The notes: generated from the letters alone by a model not told the origin. Shown: positions 49,016-61,959, numbered from the stretch's first letter. The stretch is 64,000 nt of DNA from Nemertoderma westbladi (GCA_032718475.1 JAUCBJ010008077.1:62001-126000), one strand, 5' to 3'. Translations and numbers: made by a program.

Positions 49016-49120
49016 GTGATTAAATCGGAGCTGCTACCCTAGTTAACTACCAGAGTGATTAAAACCAACTGCTGCCCTAAGCTAGATACCAACAACACAA
49101 ACTGACTGCCAGATATAAAG

Positions 49121-52100
49121 ATGAGTCGAACAGGAGAGACGACACCGCCGCGGACCCCGGACGGCGATCTAACGATCCGCGAGGCCGCGACTAGACGGTA
49201 TAGACCCGCGACGCCGGACCCATCAGTAACGGGCGATCCGGCAATTCAGGATGAGGGGGGCCGTCTACAACCGGAGAGCGAGTTGGGAGAAAGGAGAGAC
49301 AAGTCGGGAGAAGATAAAGACGAGTCGACGCGGAGCGGGGGTCGACGCACCGATGTCGCCGGCCAGCCACAGGCCGAGGGCGACGGACGGTCCACCGGAA
49401 CGGCGACGGTGGAGCCGACGGTACGACGCCGGACCCGGAGAGACGGAGGAGATGTCGGCGAGGAGAACGTCGGGGTCAGCGATCGACTTTGACGGGCCTA
49501 CAACGCGGCCCGGAAGATACTTAAAGAGGTCAAAGGAGGGGCGAAGATAGATGAGGTAAAGCTAAGAAAGAGAGTAGGTGAGTCGAACGAACATTTCAAC
49601 TATTTAATGCGCTTTGGGCAGAAAGAACTAGCCGAGGACAGAGCGAGGGGGGTTGCCAGCCAACTGTCTGATCTATGGAAGTGTATGGGTATGTGGGCTA
49701 GTGTAGTGTACATAGGGCCATACTCAGTCAATGCCCGGGGAGTAAAATTAGTGGGTTGGAGGAGACCGCAGGAGGGCGAATCCGAGGTTAACCCCGAGGA
49801 TTTGGTCTCGTTGGTCGGAGAAAGTTCAGGGAAAAGGGGGAAGGTCAGTAGGATGGGAAGGCGGAGGGAATCCGTCGTAACCGAAAAGTCTGCTACATCC
49901 TCCGCAAAAGGAAGACGTGTGGCGGAAATAAATCTGGCGTGCGAACTCTATCTAGCAGCACAAAGTCAGAGGGAATACGAGAGACGGTTAGAGGAAGAGA
50001 GCGCGCTGTTAGAAAAGGAGAAAGAACTAATTATAGAAAATAGAGAGAAAGCTGAGAAGGTCGCGAGAAGCTTTAGGGAGCGCGAGGCGAGAGAGCAAAG
50101 TGAGCGTAAGGAGTGTGAAGCGAGAGAGACAGAGTTAATGAAACAGAATTTGCAAGAGGATACAGAGAGAGAGAGAACGGGAAAGCGTGTGCGGGATGGT
50201 ATACAGGCCCAGATAAGCGGACTTATTGAGTATCAAACCAGAAAGAAGCGCATATTGGAACTGGCGCAGATGGGGTTGTCAGAGAGTGACGCTGGCTCGA
50301 GTGCTCTTGAGGGGCCAAGGGTCGTGGAAACATTTATTAGTAACCCACTTACAAGGACCGCACGACAGACCCGAGGACGAGTCGGGAGTCAAGATGGAAA
50401 GATACGAGTTGGGAGGAGAGAGAGACGAGTCGACATACAGCGGCGGTCGATGTGCCGATGTCGCCGGCCAGCCACAGGCTGAGGGCGACGAGCGGCCCAC
50501 CGGAACGGCGACGGTGGGGCCGCCGGTACAGCGCCGGACCTGGAGAGATAGAGGAGATGTGGGCGATGAGGACATCGGGGTAAGCGATCGACTTCGACGG
50601 GCCTACAACGCGACCTGGAAACAACTGAAGGAGGCCAAAGGAGGGGCAAAGATAGATGAGGTAAAGTTGAAGAAACGACTAAGTCGACTAAGTGAGTCGA
50701 ACAGACATTTTGATTACCTAATGCATTTTGGACAGGGAGAACTAGCCAGCGAGAGAGCGAGAGAGGTTGGCAGAGAACTGTTTGAACTATGGGAATCTAG
50801 GGGTATGCAGCCTAGTGTAGTGTACATAGGGCCATACTTAGTCGATGCCCGGGGAATAAAATTAGTGGGTTGGAGGAAACCGGAGGAGGGCGAATCCGAG
50901 GTTAACCCCGAGGATTCGGTCTCGTCGGTTGGAGGAAGCTCTAGGAGGCAGGGGAAAGTTAGTAGGACGGGAGGGCGAAGGGAGTCCGTCGTAACCGATA
51001 ACTCTGCTACATCCTCCGCAAAAGGAAGAAGGGTGCAAAATATAGATCTGGCGTGCCAACTTGATCTGGCGGCGCAAGACCAGAGAGAATTAGAGAGACA
51101 GTTGGAGGAAGAGAGTGCGTTAATAGTGAGGGAGAAAGAACTGGTAAGAGAGAACAAAGAGAGGGCCGAGAAGGCCGCGAGAAGCTTTAGGGAGTGCGAG
51201 GAAATAGGAAGGATGGAAAGGAAGGAGCAAGAAGTGCACGAGGCAGAGCGTGAGGCGGAACGTAAAGAGCGTGAAGTGAGGGCGGAGAGTGAACGTAAAG
51301 AGCATGAGGCGGAACGTAAAGAGCGTGAAGTGAAGGCGGAGAATGAACGTAAGGAGCGTGAGGCGGAACGTAAAGAGTGTGAGGTAAGGGCGGATAATGA
51401 GCGGAGAGAACGTGAGGAGAGGCGACTTAAGAGAATCGAGAGAGAGACAGAGTTGGCCGATCAAAGTTCACGGGAGGGTACAGAGAGAGAGAATGAGAGA
51501 AAGCGTGTGCATACCAAAGATGGTATGCACACGCGGATAAGGGAGCTTATACAATATCAGACGAAACAGAAGCGCCGACTGGCACTAGCACAGATGGGGC
51601 TATCAGGGAGCGAGAGTGGCTTGAGTGTTTGCGAGGGGCCAGGAATTGGGGAAACATTTATTAATACTCCACTTACAGGGACCACACGACAGACCCAAGA
51701 CTGGTGTGACCGTGCGGGCGGGGGGGGGGGGTAATAATAATATAATAATAATACAGTAGATAGCGTTAATATTAATAGTACCGTATTAGATAATCCTAAC
51801 CAAACCTTTATTCCAAGAAATATTTTACCTAGTAGTAGTAATTTAAACTTAAATGCAATTAACCCAAATAATTTAAATAATAATCCGAATTCGAATTTAC
51901 AAATTAATCCAAATAATTTAAATAATGATCCAAGCCCGAATTTGCAAAATAATTAAAATAATCCTATCTCGAACGAACAAAATAATTATGTTTCTAATTT
52001 TGGTGCACAAAATAATTCAGGTGAACTAGAGGGCCAAATTGGCGACAAATACAGTGGTCTATTAACGTGAATGTGTCGGACATACACAACCCAGCAAACG

Positions 52101-55100
52101 GGGGCCTGGTAGGCAGGAAGTGGCGGGGTTAAGCCAACCCGTCGGGGGCCTGGTAGGCCACGTAGTTGGTAGGCAGGAGGTAGCGGGGTTGAACCAACCC
52201 GAGGTGGGCCTGGTAGGCCACGCAATAGTAGAGAGAGAGGCGGGGGTGAACGGACCCAGCCGTAGTAGAGACAGTGCGTCGACTAGAGAGGGGTGTAGAG
52301 GTGAAGTGAGAGATAGTGAAGTGAAATGTGGCGAGTGGGGGGGGTGGGCTAGGGGCGCCCCACCACGACAAATTAGTGGCGAGAGAGGGGGGGGCAGAGA
52401 GTGTCCCACAGGCGTCGGCAGATAATGCGCGGGCCGAGACAGGTAAACCGCAACACCCGGCGACGGAGAGTAATAGGGGGATTGCGAGTATCCCCAGCGG
52501 CGTGCGATCGGGCAGAGAGAGGCAGGTTGACGTCGCGAGAGGGCGGACGAAGCGTCGAGCCCAGTCAGAAGAGGGAAGAAGAACAGTGGAGTTTAACCGG
52601 GAGATGGAGGAGAGATCTCACGAGCGGGAATACTGCACTGGAGAGAGAAGAAGAGAAGAAAGTAGAAGAAGTATCGCTGCGGGCGATAGGAGAGCGAGGA
52701 CGGATACCGAGCCGTCGATAGTCGAGATGAGAACGGAAAGTCGGTGGGGTCGAACTTCGGGAGATTGCCGTCGCCCCGGAGAGGCGCGACCTGACGAGGC
52801 GCACTACGCGCCGATAGAGGGGTACGCGATGTACCGACACGAGAACGAGAATAGTGGAGGGGGTCGAAGAGAAACTTTCCGGCGGGATATAACTACCGAT
52901 CGAGAATACGGTAGCCGCAGGGAGGATTACTCGAGAAGATTAAACTTCGATCCCGAGCGACACATACAGACTGTAGGACATACTGTAGGCCTTACTGCAC
53001 ATACCATAGGCCATGCTGACAGGAATAATGTAGGTGATAGGATAGCGCGGACGACGGAATTAAACCCGGAAGTCGCGGAGTACATACCGGCGGGTAGGCC
53101 AGGAGCTGGTAGGCCTATACCGGTACCAGCACAGCAATATGACTACAGCATGCAGGGACATAACATATACCCAGGGGAGGGGGGGAATTATTGCGGATAG
53201 GTGCATGGGCCCCAATATATTAACATCAACCCCAGTACCAAGCATACCGGTGGGGGGGGGGGGGACAGGGTGACATTCCCCCATCACAATATCAACAATA
53301 TACCCCGATAGGAGTAAGAACAACGAGACCCTTGGATGAAAACAGATCATGCGACACAGAAATATGGAGGGGGCCGCTACCCCCAATGATATACCCTAGC
53401 CAAAGGAAGGTAGGAAATAGGACGGACGGACCACACCCAACAGGAGAAACTATACAACATCCATCGAACCCATTGGAAGCGCAGGCGATGGGGATGGCCA
53501 CGTTGATCGATGCGTTAAAAACTAGGATCGAGTTACCACCCATGGAACCGTTTAAATTCGATGGGAGTAGGCCGGAAGAATACCTACAGTTTCGGCGCAT
53601 GTATAGTAATGAAATACTGACAAAGAACTTGACGCAGGCGGAGTGCCTAAAATATCTGCAAGTATATACAGGAGGCCCAGCATACGACATCGTGAGGCAA
53701 TACCAGGGCATAGAGGGTGGCTTCACGACGGCATGGCGGGCACTGGACAGGGAATACGGGCACCCGGCCAAGATCATCTGGCAAACCCTGAGGGGCATAA
53801 CATAGGGTGGCCTACAGGATAATCCCGTTAGCATAAAGATAATCGCTAACAAAGTCGAGAAGGCGCTAATCGTGCTAAAGACGCTAGACGCGCCATACGA
53901 ACTCAACGCGTCCAACAACATCACCACGATAGCGCAGGCGCTACCGATGTGGCTGCGCAACAAGTGGAGGAAGATCGCTTTCTCCACTCGAGATAGGAAG
54001 GGTGCAGAACCAGGTTTAGAAGAAATGTCGAGCTTCTTGAACTACGAAGCCGAATTAATAACCGACCCAGTCTATAGCGAGGGAATTCCCTGGGAAAGGG
54101 ACCAAGAACCGACTACCATAGACCGAAACCAGAACACAACACGTCAAACGCATTACCAAAGCTCAGGCAATCATTGCCATACGCAGCGACACAGGGGACT
54201 GCGAGTCCACAGGTAGCCGGGGGTAAGACCACATCATGGAGCGGACAGGGGAGGGATAACAACACAAATAAATATAACCCCAGTACGCCCAATAGGCCGA
54301 ACCCAAACAATAAGAATAGTAGGGACTTGGTACAAATGCAGCTGCGATACGCGATGCACTGTACAAGGATGGCTACGACCCAAAGAGCAAATGCCAACTA
54401 CATACAAATGCGCATCATCGAACCATGAACTGTAGCTACTGGCAAGCACTACCCAGGGAAGATCAGATAGAGTACGCGGCTAAAAACGAGATCTGCTCGC
54501 GATGTGTCATGAGTGGACATAGAGCTAGGCAATGCAAGGAGACTCCAATTAAGTTCGGTGAAGGGAAAGGCCAAACGATGGCAACGAGCACAGTAGGGGC
54601 GAAGAAGAGAGGAATGGTGCTGCTTGGGGTGGTACCAGTGCGAGTGATTGGAGAAGGCAATCGATCAGTGACCACGCTGATGCTGGTCGATAGTGGAGCT
54701 GCCTTCACATTAGTTGAAAATTAGGTGGCCGAAGAGCTAGGATTGAGAACGAGGCCAAGTAGAATGGTGGTGACAACGATATCTAGCAAAGATGAGGTCC
54801 TGGAGATGAGGACCGGACGGTGCGCAATTGCAGCAGTGGCAACGGGATGCTGTGATGCAACGGGATGCTGTGATAGAGTCAATAAATATCAATGCCAGGC
54901 GACCAACCAACATCGAGGTCGAGCAATATAAATTCCTGGACGATATCGACTTCTCAATCCCAGAGGTGGACGTCAGGAAGGTATCCATCATAGTAGGAAT
55001 GGACTGCCCGACGGCCCATGAAAGAATGCAAACGGTCTTCGGTGAAGACAAGCAGTGTGATCCGGTGGCGATATTGACGCCGTTCGGGTGGACACTGAGT

Positions 55101-56044
55101 GGCCCAATTAAGAGTAAGATACCATTTAGGATGTCGGAGACATCGGGATGCATGTTCGCGGGAACTATGCAAGAAATAGGGGATGAGAGAGCGGAGGAAC
55201 AGCTCAAAAGACTGCTCAGGCAAGATTTTGAGGGACTAAAGGAAACCGGGGTCGGAACCTCGGTAGAAGACAAACAGGCTCAGCAGAGCGTAGAGGAATC
55301 TATGAGATGCGATGAGGGGCGGTATACCATAGGAATGGTATGGAAGCTACCAAAGCTACCACTGCCCGATAATAAAGCGGTGGTACTCACGAGGCTTCGT
55401 AAGTTGAAACAGACATTAAAACGGAGCCCCGAAAAGAATGAGTACATTCATAAAACAATCAGAAAGTACGTCGAGAAGGGATCGGCCGTGGAGTTACCGG
55501 TCGACGAACCAAACACGGACAGGACATATTACCTACCACTCCACGTGGCTTTAGATCCGAAGAAAGGTAAATTGCGGATGGTAGTGGACGCATCGGCAAA
55601 GACCGCCGGGAAATGCCTAAACGACTATCTGCTAGAAGGTCCCAACATATACAACTCAGGGATAGAGGCCCTACTCAGGTTTAGGAATGGAAAACACGCC
55701 TTCACCTGTGACATATAGGCATGTTCAACCAAGTCCATGTGACGGAAGAAGATAGCGACAGTCAATGCTTCCTATGGTACGACGGCGACGTGGAACCGTC
55801 GACAATACCGATGTACAAGATGATAGTACAGAATATGGGAGCCAAGTCGTCTTCTTTCACGACGACTATGGCCGTAAGAGACACAGTAAAGGGAAAGGAA
55901 GATAAGTACAGCACTAGAGCCGTCGATGTGATTCGACGCGGCTTCTACGTAGACGACGGGATGGAGTCTGGAAATACGGTTAAGGAGCTACTGGACACGG
56001 GCGCGAGGTTCGCGACATCCAAAAGGGATCCGGCTTCAACCTAA
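49121..56044 (+). pseudogene. gag: Element C gag-protease-RT with multiple stops and frameshifts
   Basis: Coiled-coil N-terminus duplicated; PFKFDGS gag core; CSRCVMSGH knuckle; LVDSGAAF; YYLPLH; GFYVDD at ~55945. Confidence 0.9.
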
Positions 56045-56109
56045 CCAAATTCCAATCCAGTTCGAAGGAATTTATCGAGGCGATAAAAGATGAGAGACCA
56101 GGATCGACC

Positions 56110-58590
56110 ATGGATAATCCCACAACAGCCAAGGGGCAGGACATGGCGAACAAGAGAATAGAGTCTCAACAGAAGGCACTGGGAATTGTGTGGGACAGAG
56201 AGACGGACGAACTGAAGTACCAGTTGAGTCAGGAGGGCGCAGATATCCATACAAAGAGGGGCTATGTGTCGTACATATCAAGGATATATGATCCCCTAGG
56301 CCTAGCATCCCTACTACTAGTCACGGGGAAACAGATACTCAAGAAAGTGTACAAGCTAAAGGACGAGTGGGACGCAGAGGTCCCGGAAGAGATTAGAAAG
56401 CAGTGGTATAAGTGGACAGAGAGCCTGGAGCAGATGGGAACATACAGCATGTCACGAGTGTATTTCCCGGATGGGGACATGACGAATCTGGACCTACACA
56501 TGTTCTCCGATGCGTCGTTAGAGGCATACGGAGCGGCACTCTATTTAGTACAACGAGAGGGGGCTCGCAAACCCAGACTCGCCTTCAGCAAAGCGAAGTC
56601 AACGCCACCAGATTCAGCATCAGTTCCCAAACTAGAAATGACAGCTGCGAGACTAGGAGTTAGGGCTACAGCCTACCTAATGGATGCTATTCCCAACATA
56701 GTGGAGACGCACTACTGGACGGATTCCATGGTAGTGCTTGGTTGGCTACATAACGAAAGGACAAGATACCCTATATTCGTCGCGAATAGGGTGGATGAAA
56801 TAAGGGCGATCACAGAACTGGGAAGGTGGCACTATTGCCCAACGGACGAGAACCCTGCGGACTTGTTATCAAGGGGCATGGTACGCCACACTTTCTTGAA
56901 GAAGGAAGTATTGTGGCAACACGGGCCACAGTTTCTGATCGATAGGGAGGCCTGGCCACCGATGAGAAAGGTGGACCCGGGCTCAGGAGAAGTTGTGTTA
57001 GAAGGAGAAGAGGGAGATTCAGAGGGAGAAGAGATATACTCCCAGATGGTGAGGGAGATTAGGGACGTGCAACCAAAACCAGGAGAACTGTGCGATAACC
57101 CGATGGATAAACTCCTTAGCTACAGTTCTAGTTGGTACAAGACCAAGAAATTAGTGGCGTACTGGAGAGCCTTCGGTAATTTCCTCAGGGGAGTTGGCAA
57201 AGACGTGAAGGTTAGAATGGCAATAGATCCGGAAGGAGCGGCTAAAGCAGTCATCCGCTACGAGCAAAAGAAGAACTACGGCGACGAGGTGGAGCGCGTC
57301 GATAAACAACAGCATCTCCGACGGGACAGCGAGCTGATCACGCTGTCGCCACAACTTAATGATGACGGGATCCTAGTAATGAATTCTAGGGTGGGATACA
57401 ACAACAGTATCGTTGTTCCACCGAAGCCCATCATCATCCCCACAGGATCGCCGATAGTCCACCAGATTATTTGGGACTCCCACAAGTCGATATTGCACGA
57501 GGGCACCAACCGAACCCTCACGGAGAAAAGGAGGACCTTTTGGGTCAAACAGTTGAGGAAGAAGGTAAAGGCGGTAGTGGGGCAGTGCCAGACCTGCCGA
57601 CGAGCGAAGAAGGAGCGAGCCATACAGGAGATGGCACCACTACCAGCGAGTAGGGTAAGACAGCACGACCCGCCATTTACACATTGCGGTGTGGACATAT
57701 TCGGGCCGATAAAGATCAAAGTGATGCGGCACACGGAGAAACGCTACGGTATTATCTTCGTATGTAATAACACGCGGGCGGTAGGGATAGAACTCGCCCA
57801 GGACGCAACCGCATCGGCATTCATTAATGCCTTAGAGAGGTTTAGAGACCGCAAAGGTGGGACAATCGCAGTAATATACTCCGACAACGGGACCAACTTT
57901 GTGGGGGCGGAGAACGAAATGGCAGAGGCCTTGGATATCTTGGAAGGAGAGGAAGTCAGGGCAGCCATGAGGCGACGACAAATAAAATGGGAGAGGAGGA
58001 CGCCGTATGCACCGCATACCCTAGGATGCGTCGAGAGACTCGTGGGTAGTTCAAAGCGTCTGATGACGAAGTTGATGAACACCCATATGGTTACGGAGGA
58101 CGTGCTAAGGACAGTACTTGCGAAGTGTGAGGGTATCATTAATAGCAGACCGCTATATCCAGAGAATGATGACCCTGAATCACTAGACGTGCTGACGCCA
58201 AGCCATTTCCTAATGGAAAGGCCAGTGACCATCGACATGCGGGGTGTAGACCCAGATGACATACACTCACGCCAGAGTTGGAAAGTCGCTAAGACGATAA
58301 GCGCAGAATATTGGAGAAGATGGGTTGAGGAATACCTACCCATGCTTCACAGAAGAAGTAAGTGGAGGAAGACGAACAGAGAGCTGAAAGTGGGTGATCT
58401 CGTGATCGTCACGGATGATACCATCATCAACAACCAGTGGCGGTTGGCGAGAGTTGTAGGCACTTACTCCGACGAGGACGGAAGAGTCCGATCGGTAGAA
58501 GTGCGGATAGGTGGCAAGATAGGTGCAAAAGACAGGAAAACCTACAGAAGGGCTGTAGGGAAGTGTTGTCTTCTAGAGGGAGCACCTTAG
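56110..58590 (+). CDS. pol: Element C RT thumb, RNase H and integrase (open 826 aa)
   Basis: IYDPLG, HMFSDAS, YWTDS, NPADLLSRG, GVDIFGP, SDNGTNFVGA, ERLVG. Confidence 0.93.
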   Translation: MDNPTTAKGQDMANKRIESQQKALGIVWDRETDELKYQLSQEGADIHTKRGYVSYISRIYDPLGLASLLLVTGKQILKKVYKLKDEWDAEVPEEIRKQWYKWTESLEQMGTYSMSRVYFPDGDMTNLDLHMFSDASLEAYGAALYLVQREGARKPRLAFSKAKSTPPDSASVPKLEMTAARLGVRATAYLMDAIPNIVETHYWTDSMVVLGWLHNERTRYPIFVANRVDEIRAITELGRWHYCPTDENPADLLSRGMVRHTFLKKEVLWQHGPQFLIDREAWPPMRKVDPGSGEVVLEGEEGDSEGEEIYSQMVREIRDVQPKPGELCDNPMDKLLSYSSSWYKTKKLVAYWRAFGNFLRGVGKDVKVRMAIDPEGAAKAVIRYEQKKNYGDEVERVDKQQHLRRDSELITLSPQLNDDGILVMNSRVGYNNSIVVPPKPIIIPTGSPIVHQIIWDSHKSILHEGTNRTLTEKRRTFWVKQLRKKVKAVVGQCQTCRRAKKERAIQEMAPLPASRVRQHDPPFTHCGVDIFGPIKIKVMRHTEKRYGIIFVCNNTRAVGIELAQDATASAFINALERFRDRKGGTIAVIYSDNGTNFVGAENEMAEALDILEGEEVRAAMRRRQIKWERRTPYAPHTLGCVERLVGSSKRLMTKLMNTHMVTEDVLRTVLAKCEGIINSRPLYPENDDPESLDVLTPSHFLMERPVTIDMRGVDPDDIHSRQSWKVAKTISAEYWRRWVEEYLPMLHRRSKWRKTNRELKVGDLVIVTDDTIINNQWRLARVVGTYSDEDGRVRSVEVRIGGKIGAKDRKTYRRAVGKCCLLEGAP

Positions 58591-58759
58591 TGTAGAGTAT
58601 GAGAGGAGTTTAGTCGCCCAAATTTTGGACTGAGGGGGGTGGGATTGAGGGCGAGACGCCCTTCCCACACAAAATAAAATAAAAAAAAAAAATAATAACA
58701 AATATAAATAATAGGTACGCAGTAAGTAGGCAGATAGAAGTTAGTTAGTTGAGTTAGAT

Positions 58760-59300
58760 AGAGGTTAGTAAGAGGGTACGTAGTATCGTCAGTTAGTTAA
58801 GTGGAGTTAGAGGTTAGTAAGAGGGTACGTAGTACCATTAGTTAGAGAGTTAGTAAGAGTTAGAGGGTACGTAGTACCGTTAGTTAGAGAGTTAGTAAGA
58901 GTTAGAGGGTACGTAGTACCATTAGTTAGAGAGTTAGAGGGTACGTAGTACCGTTAGTTAGAGAGTTAGTAAGAGTTAGAGGGTACGTAGTACCGTTAGT
59001 TAGAGAGTTAGTAAGAGTTAGAGGGTACGTAGTACCGTTAGTTAGAGAGTTAGTAAGAGTTAGAGGGTACGTAGTACCGTTAGTTAGAGAGAGTAAGAGT
59101 TAGAGGGTACGTAGTACCGTTAGTTAGAGAGTTAGTACGAGTTAGAGGGTACGTAGTACCGTTAGTTAGAGAGTTAGTAAGAGTTAGAGGGTACGTAGTA
59201 CCGTTAGTTAGAGAGAGTAAGAGTTAGAGGGTATGTAGTACCGTTAGTTAGTTAGAGAGAGTTAGAAGTTAGTAAGAAAGTACGTAGTACTAGTTAGTAA
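58760..59300 (+). repeat. ~42-bp tandem array, ~13 units
   Basis: Unit GAGGGTACGTAGTACCGTTAGTTAGAGAGTTAGTAAGAGTTA. Confidence 0.95.
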
Positions 59301-59760
59301 GAGATAGAGGTAGAAGGGTATATATAGTATAGATATTAGTCAGTAGTTAGTAGCGAGAGGGGGGCATATGAGTACAGCTGGATAAATCGTGTAGGCCGCG
59401 CGACATATACTGTTGAACTGCACAAGCCCACAGAGTAGGCCAGAATGTGGATTAGGAAATAGAACAATCCATAGGCAATAGTAAGTAGTAGGACAGTAGA
59501 ATTAAAAATTAAGTTAAAATAAAATAAGAATAGGGCTGAAAATTAGCAAATGATGGTAACAGTAGGAAAGAAATTCTGGAACATAATAAAAGTAACTGAC
59601 AAAATTCGCAATTTAGGTACAATTTGGTAGCTACAGAAATAAAGCAGTGTAAAATAGGCAATAACTCAGAAATTCAGAGAGAGATAGGCCATCAAACTGA
59701 AATAAACCATCTAAACCTGTCACTCATCCTATAGCGCCTTGGTAAGGCACCACCCAAAGG

Positions 59761-61959
59761 GTGAGCGATCGGGCAGAGTTCGAGATGGCAAGCAAACTTG
59801 TGCGAAAGAGAAAGGCGGAGCAAGGAGGAAAGGAGATACTGGTGGATTTCACCAAGAGGCATCCGGAAGAGAGGACGAGGGGATACTATGACCAGTTAGA
59901 AAAGGGTCACGCAGCACGAGCGCTACAGGACCACTTCAGGGAGATGCATGAACAGCGACTGGTAGGGACCTACGGGACGCCGTCGCTGGACAACGTGATC
60001 TTCGAGCATTTCCACTACGTGGTGAAAGGAGACGAGGCGAAGTTCGGGATTCCGAAGTACACGAGAGAGTCACCGAGGAAAGATTGGAAGAGGTTCATAG
60101 AGTCCGTCAACAGGGGAGGATACATGATCCTAGACGACGAAGGGACTGTGGAAGATGAGGAGGGTTCAAGGAGAGGATCGGTGGGATCGGCTAGAACCAT
60201 ACTCCTACATTTGGCCGCGCCAAATGGGGACATTTTCCTGTTTGACCTGGGAACGTATGGGAAGAAGGATGGGCCGAAGTTGGACCGGCTGCCGAGGGCG
60301 GTGCAGGTCCTAATGAGGGAGAAGTCGACGACGAAAGTGGGATCGGCCATTCGCAACGACGCGGAGAGAATCATCGGTCCGGACGCCACCAACCTCCTGG
60401 ATATGCAGAAGGTCTTCATGGCTATGACAGCACCAGACGGGTTGGGACTAGTCGAGAACACAGGCCAATGCGGAGTGGTGGCAATGGGTCAGCTATTGGG
60501 GCTTGTATGTCACAAACCGATGGACTGGGGGAAGTTCAGGGAAGAATACGGAGCAGAACTAGCGAACTCGCTGAAGTGGGGAGCGAGACCGGGAAAGTAA
60601 GAGGTGTATCAATTCCGAAGAGGAGCAATAAAGGTATATCAGAAGCGATATATCCTGCAGGAAGATTGGATAATGATAAGTTTGCTTAATTTATTCATAA
60701 CCGTGGTTATCGAGAGGGAACCAGCGGCATTTCTGTTATCGGGATCACCCCTAAGCTACAGAAGAGCCTTTAAGACGGCTTTCGATGGTCTGGTAGACCA
60801 CCCGTAGCTGAAGGGCGAGTCGGTGTACTACAACAGCCGACATCTGATAGACGGGGGGATAGATACGCCGTATCAGAGATGGGAGGAGCTAGAGACGGAT
60901 AGACGAGAGGCGAAGCGACTGGAAGAAGTTGCTAGACGGGAGAGGAGAGAAGCAGAGGAAAGGGAAGAGGAAGCTAGGACGCAGAGCTACTGCTTCGAGG
61001 AACAGGCGGGCCTAGACGAACTTCGTTGGACTTCGTCAGAGAGTTCGGGGGAGTCTCTAGGGCGAGAACTGGGATGGACGGTGGGATCACCGAGACAGTC
61101 GACGTTGGGGTTGCAAGCGATGCCCATACCAGCGGGCGCCGAGGGCGACCAACCGCTGAGGAAGTTAGGGGAGCTAGAGGGATGGAGAGCTACGGGCGAG
61201 AGCCAAGGCGGGAAGGCACATAGTGGATCCACCGGGATACCGGGGTTGGAGCCGCTGCCAGAGGAGGACGAAGACGACGACGAGTTCGGAGAGATGCCAC
61301 CCATCGGGAGGATCGGCCACTCGGACACGGGCTGGGTTGGCGGGAGGGTGGTGACGGCCAGTGGGGCGAGGGCCTTCTGGGATAGACCCAGCAAGCGGGC
61401 CTGGGTGCACGAGGAGCCGGCGATGGATTTCGCGGGGAGCACTATCAGGTTGGGCAAGCAACCGGGGACGGCACCACGAGTAGTATTCGGGGAGACGATG
61501 CCCGAGAGGGGCGAGGAAATCGACGTAGACAGGGACACTAACGTCCGGAAGTTCGCTTACCAGCGACTCCACAGACCGCGGAGATCGCTTGGGACGAGGG
61601 ACGAGGTGGGGCGGGAGACATTGGTACTCGGTTGTGATTACTGTGGGAGACAGACCCACCAGGAAAGGAGCTGTTTGTACCGGTTCCAGAAAGGGACCTT
61701 TTGTCTCTATTGCCGCGAGTCGAGCCACAGGATGGGGGCGTGTCCAAGGTTGCATAACTGATGTTCGAAATGTAACTTTCGGGGACATTACGGACGCCAG
61801 TGCGACTGGATGGACGACGAAGAGAAGTTTAGGGTCTTCGAGGAATGGGCCGATGTCGGGGCGATGACTCGGCAACGTATGAAGGCCCAGGAGTTCCGGT
61901 GGGGCTTTTTTAACATCAATCAGGAGGCTCACATGGAGATTATCAAACGGAGGCTTCCG
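59761..61959 (+). pseudogene. Accessory ORF of element C: DEDDy/WRN-like 3'-5' exonuclease plus triple CCHC knuckles
   Basis: ORFs starting at 59761, 60604, 60823 and 61810 are all one frame with three stops. ILDDEG (ExoI), LLHLA..IFLFDL, KVGSAIRND (ExoII), LLDMQ, GVVAMGQLLG..K; CDYCGRQTH, CLYCRESSHRMGACP, CSKCNFRGHYGRQC. Confidence 0.8.

Larger units (their letters stand above)
49016..61959 (+). mobile_element. Large BEL/Pao element C, decayed; 5' end cut by element A, 3' end cut by a LINE
   Basis: gag, pol and accessory ORFs; no LTR in the window. Confidence 0.9.

Noticed and set aside
58632-58644. GAGGGGGGTGGGA as PPT marking a 3' LTR directly after element C pol
   Set aside because: No TGT LTR start or matching LTR copy follows, and element A has no equivalent. 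It may be a relic PPT, but this cannot be tested here.
58760-59300. CRISPR-like appearance of the palindromic repeat array
   Set aside because: The spacers are themselves repeated, there are no cas genes, and the context is eukaryotic.
59761-61959. env gene in the post-pol position
   Set aside because: No signal peptide, furin site plus fusion peptide, or transmembrane anchor; motifs fit a nuclease and zinc knuckles.
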